Below, piece by piece: positions 40,101-50,574 of a stretch of 64,000 bases of DNA. A program made the translations under genes and the position numbers. Origin of the DNA: an uncultured Gemmatimonadales bacterium (GTDB lineage Bacteria; Gemmatimonadota; Gemmatimonadetes; Gemmatimonadales; Gemmatimonadaceae); the NCBI GenBank assembly GCA_963701965.1, contig OY969695.1, positions 4,384,001-4,448,000 on the forward strand, in the 5' to 3' direction. The number at the start of each line of letters is the position of its first letter. Within the stretch, counting starts at the first letter, position 1. The notes beneath the pieces are model-generated. The model was not told the DNA's origin, did no database searches, and saw nothing but the letters and a program-made list of their open reading frames with translations.

Positions 40101-41940
40101 CGATCTTCTGGCCTACTACGAGCGCGAGTTGGCGTTTCTGCGGCGCATGGGGGCCGAATTCGCGACCTCCTATCCCAAGATCGCGTCCCGCCTCCAGCTC
40201 GAGCCCACCAAGTGCGAGGATCCGCACGTCGAGCGGCTGCTCGAGGCGTTCGCGTTCCTGGCGGCGCGCGTGCACCTCAAGGTCGACGACGACTTTCCCG
40301 AGATCAGCGAGGCGCTGCTCGACGTCGTCTACCCGCACTACGTGCGGCCCATCCCCTCGATGTCGCTGGTGCAGTTTCATCTCGATCCGGAAAAGGGCAA
40401 GCTGGCCAACGGGTACGTGATTCCCCGCGAGACGCCGCTCCTGTCCAAGGCGGTCGCGCGGATCCAGTGCCGGTTTCGCACCGTGACGCCGACCACGGTC
40501 TGGCCGCTGACGGTCGCCAGCGCGAAATGGTCGACGCCCGACCGCCTGCAGCCCGCGGTCCGCGCCCCCGACGCGGTGGCGGCGCTCCGCGTGGAGCTGC
40601 GCTGTCTGCCCGACATCACGTTCGCGAATCTGGAGCTGGAAACGCTGCGCCTGCATATCGATGGCGAGCGCAATCTCGTGTACACGCTCTACGAGCTGCT
40701 GTCCAACAACTGCCTGCGCATTCTGCTGCGCGATCCCCGGCCCGGCGGCGAGCGGCGCACCATCGCGTTGCCGGCGTCGGCGCTCACGCCCGCGGGATTC
40801 GGGCCCGAGGAGTCGATGCTGCCGGCCCCGCGCCGGGCCTTCGCGGGCTATCAGCTCTTGCAAGAGTATTTCACGTTTCCGGAGAAGTTCCTCTTCTTCG
40901 ACCTCTCCGGGTTCGCTGCCGCCCGCGCCGCGGGATTCGGCGATCGCATGGAAGTCGTCTTCTTGCTCTCGCCGTTCGAGCGGGGCGACCGCCGGCCGAT
41001 GCTCGAAGGCGGCGTGAACGAGCACACGATCCGCCTGGGCTGCGCGCCGGTCGTCAACTTGTTTCCGCAGACGTCCGAGCCAATCCAGCTCACGGAACGC
41101 CGACACGAATACGAGATCGATCCGGACGCCCGGCGCCGCCAGACGACCGAGGTCTTTTCCGTCGAGGATGTCGTCGGCCTCTCGTCCGGGTCCTCCGAAC
41201 CGGTGCGCTTTCAGCCGTTCTACTCGCACCGGCACGGCGTGGATACCGACGCGCCGCCGCGCTTCTACAGCGCCGTCCGCCGACCCAGCGCCTGGCGGCC
41301 GGACGGCGGGTCGGACGTGTTTCTGTCGTTCGTCGATCTCGGCGGATCGCCGTCCACGCCATCGACCAATGCGGTCTCCACCCGACTGTTGTGCTTCAAC
41401 GCGGATCTGCCGGGGCGGTTGCCATTCGGCGACGACAGCAGTGGGGGCGATTTCGAGATGCGCGGCGGCGGCCCGATCCAGCGGGTCGCCTGCCTCATCA
41501 AGCCGACGTCGGTGGTCCAGCCGCCCCTGGGACGCCCGCTCCTGTGGCGGCTCATCTCGATGTTGTCGCTCAACTATCTATCGCTCACGGACGACGGCGT
41601 CGACTCGCTGCGCGAGTTGCTCCGCCTGCACAACATGGGCGACAGCGCCGCCATGGAAAAGCAGATTCAGGGCTTGCTCGCCGTCCGCGGCGCGACGGCG
41701 TACTCCCGCGTGGCGTCGGAGCACGGATTGAGCTTCGCGCGCGGGCGGCGCGTGGAGATCGATCTCGACGAGGAGCAGTTCACGGGGGGCGGCGCCTACC
41801 TCTTCGCGGCGGTGTTGGAGCGGTTTCTCGGCCTCTACGCGTCGATGAACAGCTTCTGCGCCCTGACGGCGCGCACGCAACAACGCCGCGACCCGATGCG
41901 CGTCTGGCCGCCGCGCGCGGGCTGGCGGAGTCTCCTGTGA
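40093..41940 (+). CDS. tssF: T6SS baseplate TssF
   Basis: YYERELAFLR..EFA..YPKIA.RL, DPHVERLLEAFAFL, GYQLLQEYF.FPEKF, WRLIS.LSLNY. Confidence 0.96.
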   Translation: MRDDLLAYYERELAFLRRMGAEFATSYPKIASRLQLEPTKCEDPHVERLLEAFAFLAARVHLKVDDDFPEISEALLDVVYPHYVRPIPSMSLVQFHLDPEKGKLANGYVIPRETPLLSKAVARIQCRFRTVTPTTVWPLTVASAKWSTPDRLQPAVRAPDAVAALRVELRCLPDITFANLELETLRLHIDGERNLVYTLYELLSNNCLRILLRDPRPGGERRTIALPASALTPAGFGPEESMLPAPRRAFAGYQLLQEYFTFPEKFLFFDLSGFAAARAAGFGDRMEVVFLLSPFERGDRRPMLEGGVNEHTIRLGCAPVVNLFPQTSEPIQLTERRHEYEIDPDARRRQTTEVFSVEDVVGLSSGSSEPVRFQPFYSHRHGVDTDAPPRFYSAVRRPSAWRPDGGSDVFLSFVDLGGSPSTPSTNAVSTRLLCFNADLPGRLPFGDDSSGGDFEMRGGGPIQRVACLIKPTSVVQPPLGRPLLWRLISMLSLNYLSLTDDGVDSLRELLRLHNMGDSAAMEKQIQGLLAVRGATAYSRVASEHGLSFARGRRVEIDLDEEQFTGGGAYLFAAVLERFLGLYASMNSFCALTARTQQRRDPMRVWPPRAGWRSLL

Positions 41941-42956
41941 CGCGCGTCGGAGCCCCGCCGCTCGAAGTGCTCGCCGAGTCGCCGACGGCGTTCGAGTTCT
42001 TCCAGGCGGTGCGCCTCCTCATGGCCGCCGCGCCCGATCGCGCCGCTATCGGCGAATTCGGCGATCCGGCGGAGGAAGCGGTGCGGTTTACCGTGAATCC
42101 GGAGCTGGGATTCCCGGCCAGCGAGATCGCCGGCCTCGATATGCAGGAGAGCCCCCGGCGTCTCGCCGTGAACTTCATGGGCCTCACGGGGCCCCTCGGG
42201 GTCCTGCCGCTCAACTACTCGATGCACTTGGCCGAGCGCGTCCGGCAGCGGGACACGGCGATGCGGGACTTTCTGGACATCTTCAACCACCGCATGATCT
42301 CGCTGTTCTATCGCGCGTGGGAGAAGAGCCGGTTCGTCATCGGATACGGACGCCATCAACAGGATGGCCTGACGCGCCATCTGCTGGACTTGGTGGGCCT
42401 GGGCACGCCGGGACTCCAACGGCGGATGCCGGTGCACGACGAGGCGCTCCTGTACTACGCCGGCGCGCTCACGCCGCGCACCCGACCGGCGGCGGCGCTC
42501 GAGGGCATGCTGGCCGATTATTTCGGGGTGCCGGTCGCCGTCGAGCAGTTCGTCGGGGCCTGGTACGCGCTCGAAGGTTCCGCCTACTGCGTCCTGGGCG
42601 ATGAAGATGACGCCGGCGCGCTCGGCGGCGCCGTCATCGGTGAAGAGGTGTGGGACGCCCAGGCGCGGATCCGCGTCCGCATGGGTCCCCTCACCCGGAA
42701 ACAGTATGACGATCTGCTCCCCGCCGGTCGCGGCTGGAAGACGCTGGTAACGCTGGCGCGCTTCTTCGTCGGCGACCAGCTCGACGTCGACGTCCAACTC
42801 GTCCTGGCGCGCGACGAAGTCCGTCCTTGCGCGCTGGGCGCCGAGGACGCCGACGCGTTGCCCCTCGGATGGACCACGTGGCTGACGTCGGCGCCCATGA
42901 CCCGCGACCCCGACGACACTCTGCTCACCCTCTCCGCAGCACAGGAGGCCGCATGA
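41937..42956 (+). CDS. tssG: T6SS baseplate TssG
   Basis: FEFFQAVRLL, LGFPASEI, FMGLTGP.GVLP, FLDIFNHR...LFYRAW, LGWTTWL. Confidence 0.95.
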   Translation: MTRVGAPPLEVLAESPTAFEFFQAVRLLMAAAPDRAAIGEFGDPAEEAVRFTVNPELGFPASEIAGLDMQESPRRLAVNFMGLTGPLGVLPLNYSMHLAERVRQRDTAMRDFLDIFNHRMISLFYRAWEKSRFVIGYGRHQQDGLTRHLLDLVGLGTPGLQRRMPVHDEALLYYAGALTPRTRPAAALEGMLADYFGVPVAVEQFVGAWYALEGSAYCVLGDEDDAGALGGAVIGEEVWDAQARIRVRMGPLTRKQYDDLLPAGRGWKTLVTLARFFVGDQLDVDVQLVLARDEVRPCALGAEDADALPLGWTTWLTSAPMTRDPDDTLLTLSAAQEAA

Positions 42957-45631
42957 CCGTCGATTTGCGAGCCCTCATCGGCAAGCTCAATCCCGCCACC
43001 CGCGGCGCCCTCGAGGCCTCGGCTGGCCTCTGCTTGTCCCGCACGCACTACGACGTGGAGCTCGAGCACTATCTGCTCAAACTCCTCGATCGGAGCGACG
43101 GCGACTTCGTCGCCATCGCCAAGCACTACGAGATCGACCGGTCCAAGCTGGCCAAAGACTTGGCCGCGGGACTCGACAAGCTGAAATCCGGCAACGCACG
43201 CACGCCCAGCCTGAGCCCCTCGCTGGTCAAGGCCTTCACGGACGGCTGGACGCTGGGGTCGATCGAGTACGGCGCCACCAAGGTGCGCACGGGGCACACG
43301 ATCCTCGCCATCGCATCCTCCGACGAGCTGTCGCGGATGGCCCGCGATATCAGCCGCGAGCTGACCAAGATCAAGGCCGCGGATCTCCAACACGAATTCG
43401 CGAATGTGGTGGCCACCTCTTCGGAGGATGGCGGTGCCGCCGCGGCCAGCGACGACGGGTCGCCCGCGGAGCGGACGCGCGGCGGGTCGGGGCAGTCGCC
43501 GAATCTCGACCAGTTCACGATCGACCTGACCGAGAAAGCCCGCGCCGGGAAGATCGATCCGGTGCTGGGCCGCGATACCGAGGTGCGCCAGGTCGTCGAT
43601 ATCCTCACGCGGCGCCGCCAGAACAATCCGATCCTCGTGGGTGAGGCGGGCGTCGGCAAGACCGCGGTCGTCGAGGGCTTCGCCGTGCGCATCGCCGCGG
43701 GGGATGTGCCGCCGCCGCTTCGCGGCGTGACGCTGCGGACGCTCGACTTGGCCTTGCTCCAGGCGGGCGCGGGGGTCAAGGGCGAGTTCGAGAATCGCCT
43801 CAAGGGCTTGATCGAGGAAGTCAAGAACAGCGAGTCGCCGATCATCCTGTTCATCGACGAAGCGCACACCATGATTGGCGCCGGCGGCCAGGCGGGACAG
43901 AACGACGCGGCCAACCTGCTCAAGCCCGCGCTGGCTCGCGGCGAGCTGCGCACGATCGGCGCCACGACGTGGTCGGAGTACAAGAAGTACTTCGAGAAGG
44001 ATCCGGCGCTCTCGCGCCGGTTCCAGGTCGTGAAGGTCGACGAGCCGACCGAGGATGTCTGCAAGCTCATGATGCGGGGCGTCGGTCCGGCTCTCGAAAA
44101 GCACCACAAGGTCCGCATTCTCGACGCCGGTCTGGACGCCGCCGTGCGCCTGTCGCACCGCTATCTGCCCGACCGGCAACTGCCCGACAAGGCGGTGAGC
44201 GTGCTGGACACGGCCTGCGCGCGTCTGGCGCTGGAACAGAGCGCGACGCCGGCGGCCGTCGAAGACCTCGGCCGCCAGCTCGACGACGTCGCCGTGCAAA
44301 CGCGCATTCTCGAGCGCGAAGGCGCCACGGGCGCCGATGTCGCCGAGCGGCTGGCGGCGCTCGCCTCCCGGCGTGGGCAGCTGGAAAAAGAACGCGAAGC
44401 CGCCACGGCGCGCTGGAAGCGCGAGGTCGAGCTGGTCAAACAGCTTCTCGTCATCCGGGAGCGATTGGAGGCGGGGGCGACCGGCGGCGCACCCGCGGGC
44501 GATGGTGATCGGAAAGAACTGGCCCGGCTCGACGCCGAGCTGGAGACGCTCCAGGGCGAGGCGCCGCTGGTACGGGTCTGCGTGGACGCCGGCATCGTGG
44601 GCGACGTCATCTCGGGATGGACCGGGATTCCGGTCGGGAAGATGCTGCGGGACGACCTCGCCGCCGTGCTGGCCTTGGAAGGTCAGTTGGGAAGTCGCGT
44701 GATCGGTCAGAATCACGCCCTGGAGGTCATGAGCAAACGCGTGCGTACGTCGAAGGCCGGGATCGAGGACCCCAACAAACCGGTCGGCGTGTTCATGCTC
44801 GTGGGCCCCAGTGGCGTCGGCAAGACCGAGACGGCCCTCGCGCTCTCCGACCTCCTGTACGGCGGAGAGCGGAACCTGATCACGATCAACATGTCGGAGT
44901 TCCAGGAGCCGCACACCGTGTCGACCCTCAAGGGGTCGCCTCCCGGATACGTCGGCTACGGGGAGGGCGGGGTGCTCACCGAGGCCGTCCGCCGGCGCCC
45001 CTATTCAGTCGTTTTGCTCGACGAGGTCGAAAAAGCGCACCCGGACGTGCTGGAGCTGTTCTTCCAGGTCTTCGACAAGGGCCAGATGGAGGATGGTGAG
45101 GGTCGAAACATAGACTTCAAGAACACCATCATCATCCTGACCACGAACGCCGGGACCGAGACGATCATGAAGCTCTGCGCTGATCCCGAGACCATGCCGT
45201 CCATGGACGGTTTGGCCAAGGCGCTCAAACCCGAGTTGGACAAGGTGTTCAAGCCGGCGTTCCTCGGGCGCATGGTGATCGTGCCGTATTTCCCCATCCG
45301 CGACGAGGCCCTGGCCCGCATCATCCGGCTCAAGCTCGGCAAGATCGAGCGCCGGCTGGCCGAAGTGCACCGGGTGACGCTCAAGTGGGGCGACGATCTG
45401 GTGGCCACGGTGGCGAGCCGCTGCACGGAGGTCGAAAGCGGGGCCCGCAACGTCGACAACATTCTGACCAACGGGCTGCTGCCGGAAGTCTCGCGCATCC
45501 TGTTGGAGTCGATGGTTGGTGGCGATCGTCTCACGGCGGTCCGCATCGGCATCGGAGACAATGGGGCGTTCACGTATCACCCCGAGCGCGCGCCGGATGA
45601 TGCCGGCCGCCTCGCCTCCCTTCCGGCCTGA
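42953..45631 (+). CDS. clpV: T6SS AAA+ ATPase ClpV (TssH)
   Basis: RRRQNNPILVGEAGVGKT, LDLALLQAGAGVKGEFENRL, GPSGVGKTETA, NMSEFQE.HTVS, ESGARN. Confidence 0.96.
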   Translation: MTVDLRALIGKLNPATRGALEASAGLCLSRTHYDVELEHYLLKLLDRSDGDFVAIAKHYEIDRSKLAKDLAAGLDKLKSGNARTPSLSPSLVKAFTDGWTLGSIEYGATKVRTGHTILAIASSDELSRMARDISRELTKIKAADLQHEFANVVATSSEDGGAAAASDDGSPAERTRGGSGQSPNLDQFTIDLTEKARAGKIDPVLGRDTEVRQVVDILTRRRQNNPILVGEAGVGKTAVVEGFAVRIAAGDVPPPLRGVTLRTLDLALLQAGAGVKGEFENRLKGLIEEVKNSESPIILFIDEAHTMIGAGGQAGQNDAANLLKPALARGELRTIGATTWSEYKKYFEKDPALSRRFQVVKVDEPTEDVCKLMMRGVGPALEKHHKVRILDAGLDAAVRLSHRYLPDRQLPDKAVSVLDTACARLALEQSATPAAVEDLGRQLDDVAVQTRILEREGATGADVAERLAALASRRGQLEKEREAATARWKREVELVKQLLVIRERLEAGATGGAPAGDGDRKELARLDAELETLQGEAPLVRVCVDAGIVGDVISGWTGIPVGKMLRDDLAAVLALEGQLGSRVIGQNHALEVMSKRVRTSKAGIEDPNKPVGVFMLVGPSGVGKTETALALSDLLYGGERNLITINMSEFQEPHTVSTLKGSPPGYVGYGEGGVLTEAVRRRPYSVVLLDEVEKAHPDVLELFFQVFDKGQMEDGEGRNIDFKNTIIILTTNAGTETIMKLCADPETMPSMDGLAKALKPELDKVFKPAFLGRMVIVPYFPIRDEALARIIRLKLGKIERRLAEVHRVTLKWGDDLVATVASRCTEVESGARNVDNILTNGLLPEVSRILLESMVGGDRLTAVRIGIGDNGAFTYHPERAPDDAGRLASLPA

Positions 45632-45639
45632 GCGTTCGC

Positions 45640-47661
45640 ATGTCCGACATGACACAGAGCGGCCCCATGAAAGTCTCGACCTCGCTCGGCGGCGATGCGC
45701 TGCTGCTGAGCCGATTCGAGGGCGTGGAGGAGATCTCGACTCCGTTCGTGTTCACGGTCGACCTGCTGTCCGAGCAGGGGAAGGATATCAGCATCACCAG
45801 CATGCTCATGAAGCCCCTCGTGTTGGAGTTGGACACCGGGAGCGGCATGCGGTACATCCACGGCATCATCCGGCGTTTCATCCAACAAGACATCGACCCC
45901 CGCGGGCTGTACCGGTATCGGGCGGAGATCGTGCCCTCGCTGTGGTTCCTCTCGATGATCACGGATTGCCGCATCTATCAGCAGATGACGGCGCTCGACA
46001 TCGTCGAGGATGTGCTCAAGCGGAACGGCGTGACCGCGATCTCCGTCAAGACGAACAAGAGCTACACCACGCGGGACTACTGCGTCCAGTATCGCGAGAC
46101 CGATCTCCAGTTCGTGAGCCGGCTCATGGAGGAGGAAGGGATCTTCTACTTCTTCGAGCACAGCGACTCCGCGCACACGATGGTGATCGGCGATGATGGC
46201 AGCGCGTTCAAGCCGACGCCGGGACCGCAGACGATCAGCGCGGCCAGCAAGCGGGCGGGGGGGGTGTCCTACGAGGATGCCGTTCGCGGCATCCAGTGGA
46301 ATGGCCACGCGTGGACGGGCAACGTCACGCTGCGGGACATGAATTACCTCGATAGTCCCATCGCGCCCATGGAAACGACCGTGAGCGGCCGCACCGCCGA
46401 TCGGAATCTCTTCGACTATCCGGGCAAGTTCCTGGATCCGAGTGCCGGTCAGAAGTTGGCCGACGTGCGGATCCAATCCATTGAGGCCGGGCAGGCGCTG
46501 CTCGAGGCCACGAGCACGTGCCGGGGCTTCACGTCGGGGAGTCAGTTCACGTTGGCCGACCACTTCCGGGACTACAACGGCGCCTGGACGCTCGTGCGCG
46601 TACACCACAGTGGCGCGGTGGGATATGGGGCGGATTCGGCGATGGGCGCCTCGTACATGAACGAGTTCACGGCGATCGCCAAAGAGGCCGTCTATCGGGC
46701 GGCGCAAACCACCCCGCGGCCGATCATTGCCGGGACGCAGACGGCCCTCGTCGTCGGCGCCAGCGGCAGTGAGATCGACACCGACAAGTACGGACGGGTG
46801 AAAGTCCAGTTCCATTGGGATCGCCTGGGCCAGAAAAACGAAAGCAGTTCCTGTTGGGTGCGCGTGGCCAGCATCTGGGCCGGCAAGCAATGGGGCGCGG
46901 TGCACCTCCCGCGCGTCGGCCAAGAAGTCGTCGTCGCCTTTGAAGAAGGGGATCCCGATCGACCGATCATCATCGGCAGCGTGTACAACGCCGAGATGAT
47001 GCCGCCGTACGATCTGCCGGCCAACAAGACGCAGAGTGGCATCAAGTCGCGCAGCACGACCAATGGCGGCACCGCCGACTTCAACGAGTTCCGCTTCGAG
47101 GACAAGAAGGGGAGCGAGCAGATCCTGCTCCACGCCCAGAAGGACCTCGCCGTCGAAATCGAGAATAGTCGCAGCGAATCGATCGGCAATGCCGAGACGA
47201 AGGTCATCGACAAGGGCGACTACACGGAAACGCTCAAGCAGGGCAATTACAGCCTCGACGTCAAGCAGGGTAATCACTCGACGGCGATCGACACCGGCGA
47301 TTGTTCGCTCGCGGTCAAGCTGGGGAAATACGCCGTTGACGTGAAGTCGGGCGACGTGACCATCTCGCTCGACCAGGGGAACATGACGACGGCCTTGGAG
47401 ATGGGAAACTCGTCGCTGCAGTGCAAACTCGGGAACATCTCGATCAAGACCGACCTCGGTCAGATCTCGCTGGAAGCAATGCAAGGCATCGAGCTCAAGG
47501 TCGGCGCCAACAGCATCAAGATCGATCAGACGGGCGTCACGATCTCGGGTATGATGGTCAAGATCGACGGACAGGTGCAAACGCAGGTCTCGGGGCTGAT
47601 GGCGCAGGTGAGTGGATCGGCGATGACGCAGATCTCCGGTGGCATCACCATGATCGGATAA
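45640..47661 (+). CDS. vgrG: T6SS spike VgrG (TssI), gp5-like beta-helix C-terminus, no toxin extension
   Basis: YCVQYRETD..FVSRLMEEEGIFYFF, DKYGRVKVQFHWD, PRVGQEVVVAF..GDPDRP, FED.KG.EQI..HAQKD. Confidence 0.96.
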   Translation: MSDMTQSGPMKVSTSLGGDALLLSRFEGVEEISTPFVFTVDLLSEQGKDISITSMLMKPLVLELDTGSGMRYIHGIIRRFIQQDIDPRGLYRYRAEIVPSLWFLSMITDCRIYQQMTALDIVEDVLKRNGVTAISVKTNKSYTTRDYCVQYRETDLQFVSRLMEEEGIFYFFEHSDSAHTMVIGDDGSAFKPTPGPQTISAASKRAGGVSYEDAVRGIQWNGHAWTGNVTLRDMNYLDSPIAPMETTVSGRTADRNLFDYPGKFLDPSAGQKLADVRIQSIEAGQALLEATSTCRGFTSGSQFTLADHFRDYNGAWTLVRVHHSGAVGYGADSAMGASYMNEFTAIAKEAVYRAAQTTPRPIIAGTQTALVVGASGSEIDTDKYGRVKVQFHWDRLGQKNESSSCWVRVASIWAGKQWGAVHLPRVGQEVVVAFEEGDPDRPIIIGSVYNAEMMPPYDLPANKTQSGIKSRSTTNGGTADFNEFRFEDKKGSEQILLHAQKDLAVEIENSRSESIGNAETKVIDKGDYTETLKQGNYSLDVKQGNHSTAIDTGDCSLAVKLGKYAVDVKSGDVTISLDQGNMTTALEMGNSSLQCKLGNISIKTDLGQISLEAMQGIELKVGANSIKIDQTGVTISGMMVKIDGQVQTQVSGLMAQVSGSAMTQISGGITMIG

Positions 47662-47664
47662 CCG

Positions 47665-48258
47665 ATGACCGCGACCAAGACGGCGGCACCGCCGCCACCG
47701 ATGCCGGCCAATGTGGCCAGGGCCGCCCAGCTGGGAGACGACGCCGCGAAAGCGCTCCGTCCGGGTCTCGGTTCCCGCGAGTACGTCGCGGCGCTCCTCG
47801 CCGCGTCGCTTTTTCGCGATGCCGTGCGCTTCGTCGCGTTCGCGCTGCCGCGACGCGAAGCGGTGTGGTGGGCGTTGCTGTGCGCGCGCGAAGCCGCGGG
47901 CGACGCCCCGCCGCCCGCGGTGCGGGCCGCCCTCGACGCGACGGACACGTGGGTGCGCCATCCGGGCGACGAACAGCGTCGCGCGGCGATGGCCGCCGCC
48001 AAAACCGCGGAATTCTCGACATCGGCCGGATGCGCGGGCCTGGCCGCCTTTCTGAGCGGCGGAAGCCTGTCCGTGCCGGGACAACCGGATGTGCCGCCCG
48101 GGCCGTTCGAGTGCGCCAAGGCCGCGTTTGGGGCCGTGGCGGTGGCGGCGATCGGCACCGACGCCAAGACGGCGAACGACCGATATCGCCGCTATGTCGA
48201 GCAGGGTCTGCACATCGGCGAAGGCGCGGGTGCGTGGCACCCCGGTGGGAAGGTCTAG
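47665..48258 (+). CDS. DUF6931-like all-helical protein between vgrG and PAAR
   Basis: DAVRFVAFALPRREAVWW..LC, W...P....R.A, AAFLSGGS; recalled family assignment, not searched. Confidence 0.6.
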   Translation: MTATKTAAPPPPMPANVARAAQLGDDAAKALRPGLGSREYVAALLAASLFRDAVRFVAFALPRREAVWWALLCAREAAGDAPPPAVRAALDATDTWVRHPGDEQRRAAMAAAKTAEFSTSAGCAGLAAFLSGGSLSVPGQPDVPPGPFECAKAAFGAVAVAAIGTDAKTANDRYRRYVEQGLHIGEGAGAWHPGGKV

Positions 48259-48548
48259 TGGGACTACCGGCCGCCCGCCTCACCGACATGCACGTGTGCG
48301 CCATGGTGACAGGCATCGTGCCGCACGTCGGCGGCCCCGTTGTTGGCCCGGGATGTCCGACGGTCTTGATCGGCGGGCTGCCCGCCGCGCGGGTCGGCGA
48401 CATGGCCGTGTGCGTCGGACCGCCGGACGTGATCGCGATGGGCGCCTTCACGGTGCTCATCGGCGGAATGCCCGCCGCCCAGATGGGCAGCCTCACGGCC
48501 CACGGCGGCACCATCGTGCTGGGATGCCCCACGGTGTTGGTCGGATGA
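48258..48548 (+). CDS. PAAR-domain spike tip protein (96 aa, no C-terminal extension)
   Basis: PAARLTD.H.C, TVLIGGLPAARVGD, PAAQMG..TAHGG; GTG overlaps the upstream TAG. Confidence 0.93.
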   Translation: MGLPAARLTDMHVCAMVTGIVPHVGGPVVGPGCPTVLIGGLPAARVGDMAVCVGPPDVIAMGAFTVLIGGMPAAQMGSLTAHGGTIVLGCPTVLVG

Positions 48549-48615
48549 CTGTTGCCCGTTCTGCCGCAGTGATGCAATCGTAGGCTCGTCCATTCACCAT
48601 CGCCGAGGGATTCCC

Positions 48616-50574
48616 TTGCGCGTCTTGATCCTGAGATCGACCGGACTCCTGGTTGCCTCAGCACTGGTCGCCTGTTCCAGCGATTCCCATTCGACCAACC
48701 CTGGTCGGATGGCCATTACGCCGGACACGGCGGCACTGTTTCTCGGAGACTCGCTCCAGCTGACCGTGGCGAGCGCGCCGGGCTTCATTACATGGAGCTC
48801 CAGCGACAGCACGGTCGTCTCCGTCCTCCACGGCATGCTCACGGCGTTGAGCCGGGGCCACGCGACCATTTCCGCGCTCTCGGGGTCGTCGACCGCCTCG
48901 GCGTCGGTCGACGTCACGCTGCCGCCCACCATTGCGCTGGCCACGACCAGCGTCACGTTCGAGGCGCCGACCGGCGCCGCCGCGCCACCCGCGCAGAACG
49001 TCGGCGTCGCCAACGGCGGTGATGGACCGCTCACCAATCTTTCGGTGGGCCTCATTACCTACAGCCCTGGTGCCGCCGGCTGGCTGACCGCCACGCTGCC
49101 GTCGTCGGCCACCGCGCCCACCACCCTGACCGTGCAACCGACGACGGCCAAGCTGGCCGCGGGCACGTACTCGGCGACCGTCCCGGTCCTCTCGCCGGAA
49201 GCGACGAACTCGCCGCGGTCGCTCACGGTCACTTACGTCATCGATCCGCCGTCGATCATCGTCCTGTCGCGGAGCTCCGTCGCCATCGCCGCCCAGGCCA
49301 ACGGCGCGCTGCCATCGGTCCAGACGGTCAGCATCACGAATAACGGCGGCGGCTCGGTCCAAGGCCTGGCGCCAGGAACGATCACGTACTCGGCAGGTGC
49401 GACCGGGTGGCTCACCGCGACTCTGACGTCAACCGTCGCGCCGTCCACCCTGAGTCTGACGGCGACGACCACGGCGCTGGCGGTCGGCACCTACACCGCC
49501 ACCGTGCCGCTCACCTCGACGACGGCGGGTGTGAGCCCGCTGTCGCTGACCGTGACGTACAGCGTCACGTCCACCGCGGCACCGGCCGCGATCGCCCTCT
49601 CGTCGTCGACGGCGTCGTTCACCGCCAACACCGGCGGCGTGCTACCGGCGGCGCAACCGGTCTCCGTGTCCAACAGCGGCGGCGGCGCGTTGACGGGCCT
49701 GACGGCCAGTATCACCTACGGCGCCGGTGCGTCGGGCTGGCTCGGGGCCACGCTCAACAGCACGAGCGCGCCGGCCACATTGAGCGTGCGACCGTCGACG
49801 GTCCTCGCGGCCGGGACGTACACGGCCACTGTGAGCGTCGCATCGGCGACGGCGTCCAACACGCCGCAGAATGTCGGCGTCACCTACACGGTCACGACGG
49901 CGCCAATCATCACGGTGTCGGCCACCTCGGCGTCCTTCCTGTCGCAACAGGCGAACGTCGATCCGGCGAATCAGATCATCAATGTCTCGAACACGGGCGG
50001 GGGATCCCTGACCGGCCTTTCGACGGCGATCGTCTACAAGGGCGCCAACACGGGATGGCTCACCGCGACGGTGGCGGGCACCGCGCCGCTCAATCCGTCG
50101 ACGACGCCGCTCACGCTGCAAGTCACGACGGGAACGATCGTGCCCAGCACCGACACCGCGACGGTCACGCTCTCGTCGACGGTGTCTGGAGTGGCCCCGA
50201 AGGCCGTGACCGTGGTCTTCCTGCGACAGGCGACCCTGACGAACGACGTCATCCCGCAGGTGTTCGCGGGGGCCGGCGGCTGCACGTCGTGCCACTCCGG
50301 CAGCACGCCCGCGGATGGCCTCGACTTGTCGACGCCGAGCTCGGCGTTCGCCGGTCTCGTGGGCGCCACGCCGACGGCGACGGTGTCGCCGCCGATTCAG
50401 TTCCGTGTCGCGGCGGGTGACTCGACGAATAGTTGGCTCAATCTCGAGCTCAAAGGTCAAGCGGGTTCCGCCAACATGCCGTTCGGCTGCTCCACCGCCG
50501 GGACGCCGCCGTGCATTTCCTCCGCTCTGCAGAAACTCGTCGCGACGTGGATCCAACAAGGGGCGATTCAATGA
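48616..50574 (+). CDS. Lipoprotein: Ig-like (Big_2) + 4 BACON-like repeats + C-terminal mono-heme cytochrome c domain
   Basis: LVAC lipobox; ITWSSSD.TVVSV; four TY..GA.GWL repeats; CTSCH followed by GLDL, GDS..SWL, NMP, WIQQGA (planctomycete-cytochrome-like pattern). Confidence 0.8.
   Translation: MRVLILRSTGLLVASALVACSSDSHSTNPGRMAITPDTAALFLGDSLQLTVASAPGFITWSSSDSTVVSVLHGMLTALSRGHATISALSGSSTASASVDVTLPPTIALATTSVTFEAPTGAAAPPAQNVGVANGGDGPLTNLSVGLITYSPGAAGWLTATLPSSATAPTTLTVQPTTAKLAAGTYSATVPVLSPEATNSPRSLTVTYVIDPPSIIVLSRSSVAIAAQANGALPSVQTVSITNNGGGSVQGLAPGTITYSAGATGWLTATLTSTVAPSTLSLTATTTALAVGTYTATVPLTSTTAGVSPLSLTVTYSVTSTAAPAAIALSSSTASFTANTGGVLPAAQPVSVSNSGGGALTGLTASITYGAGASGWLGATLNSTSAPATLSVRPSTVLAAGTYTATVSVASATASNTPQNVGVTYTVTTAPIITVSATSASFLSQQANVDPANQIINVSNTGGGSLTGLSTAIVYKGANTGWLTATVAGTAPLNPSTTPLTLQVTTGTIVPSTDTATVTLSSTVSGVAPKAVTVVFLRQATLTNDVIPQVFAGAGGCTSCHSGSTPADGLDLSTPSSAFAGLVGATPTATVSPPIQFRVAAGDSTNSWLNLELKGQAGSANMPFGCSTAGTPPCISSALQKLVATWIQQGAIQ

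Noticed and set aside
36748..48240. Very long antisense ORFs (36748..39417, 42584..44914, 45577..48240 and similar ones throughout)
   Set aside because: Shadow frames of well-conserved genes in high-GC DNA; Arg/Gly-rich with no motifs
34528..48548. Prophage, tailocin or eCIS interpretation of the sheath/tube/baseplate genes
   Set aside because: TssK/L/M, TssA and ClpV are present and there are no capsid, tape-measure or lysis genes, so it is a T6SS
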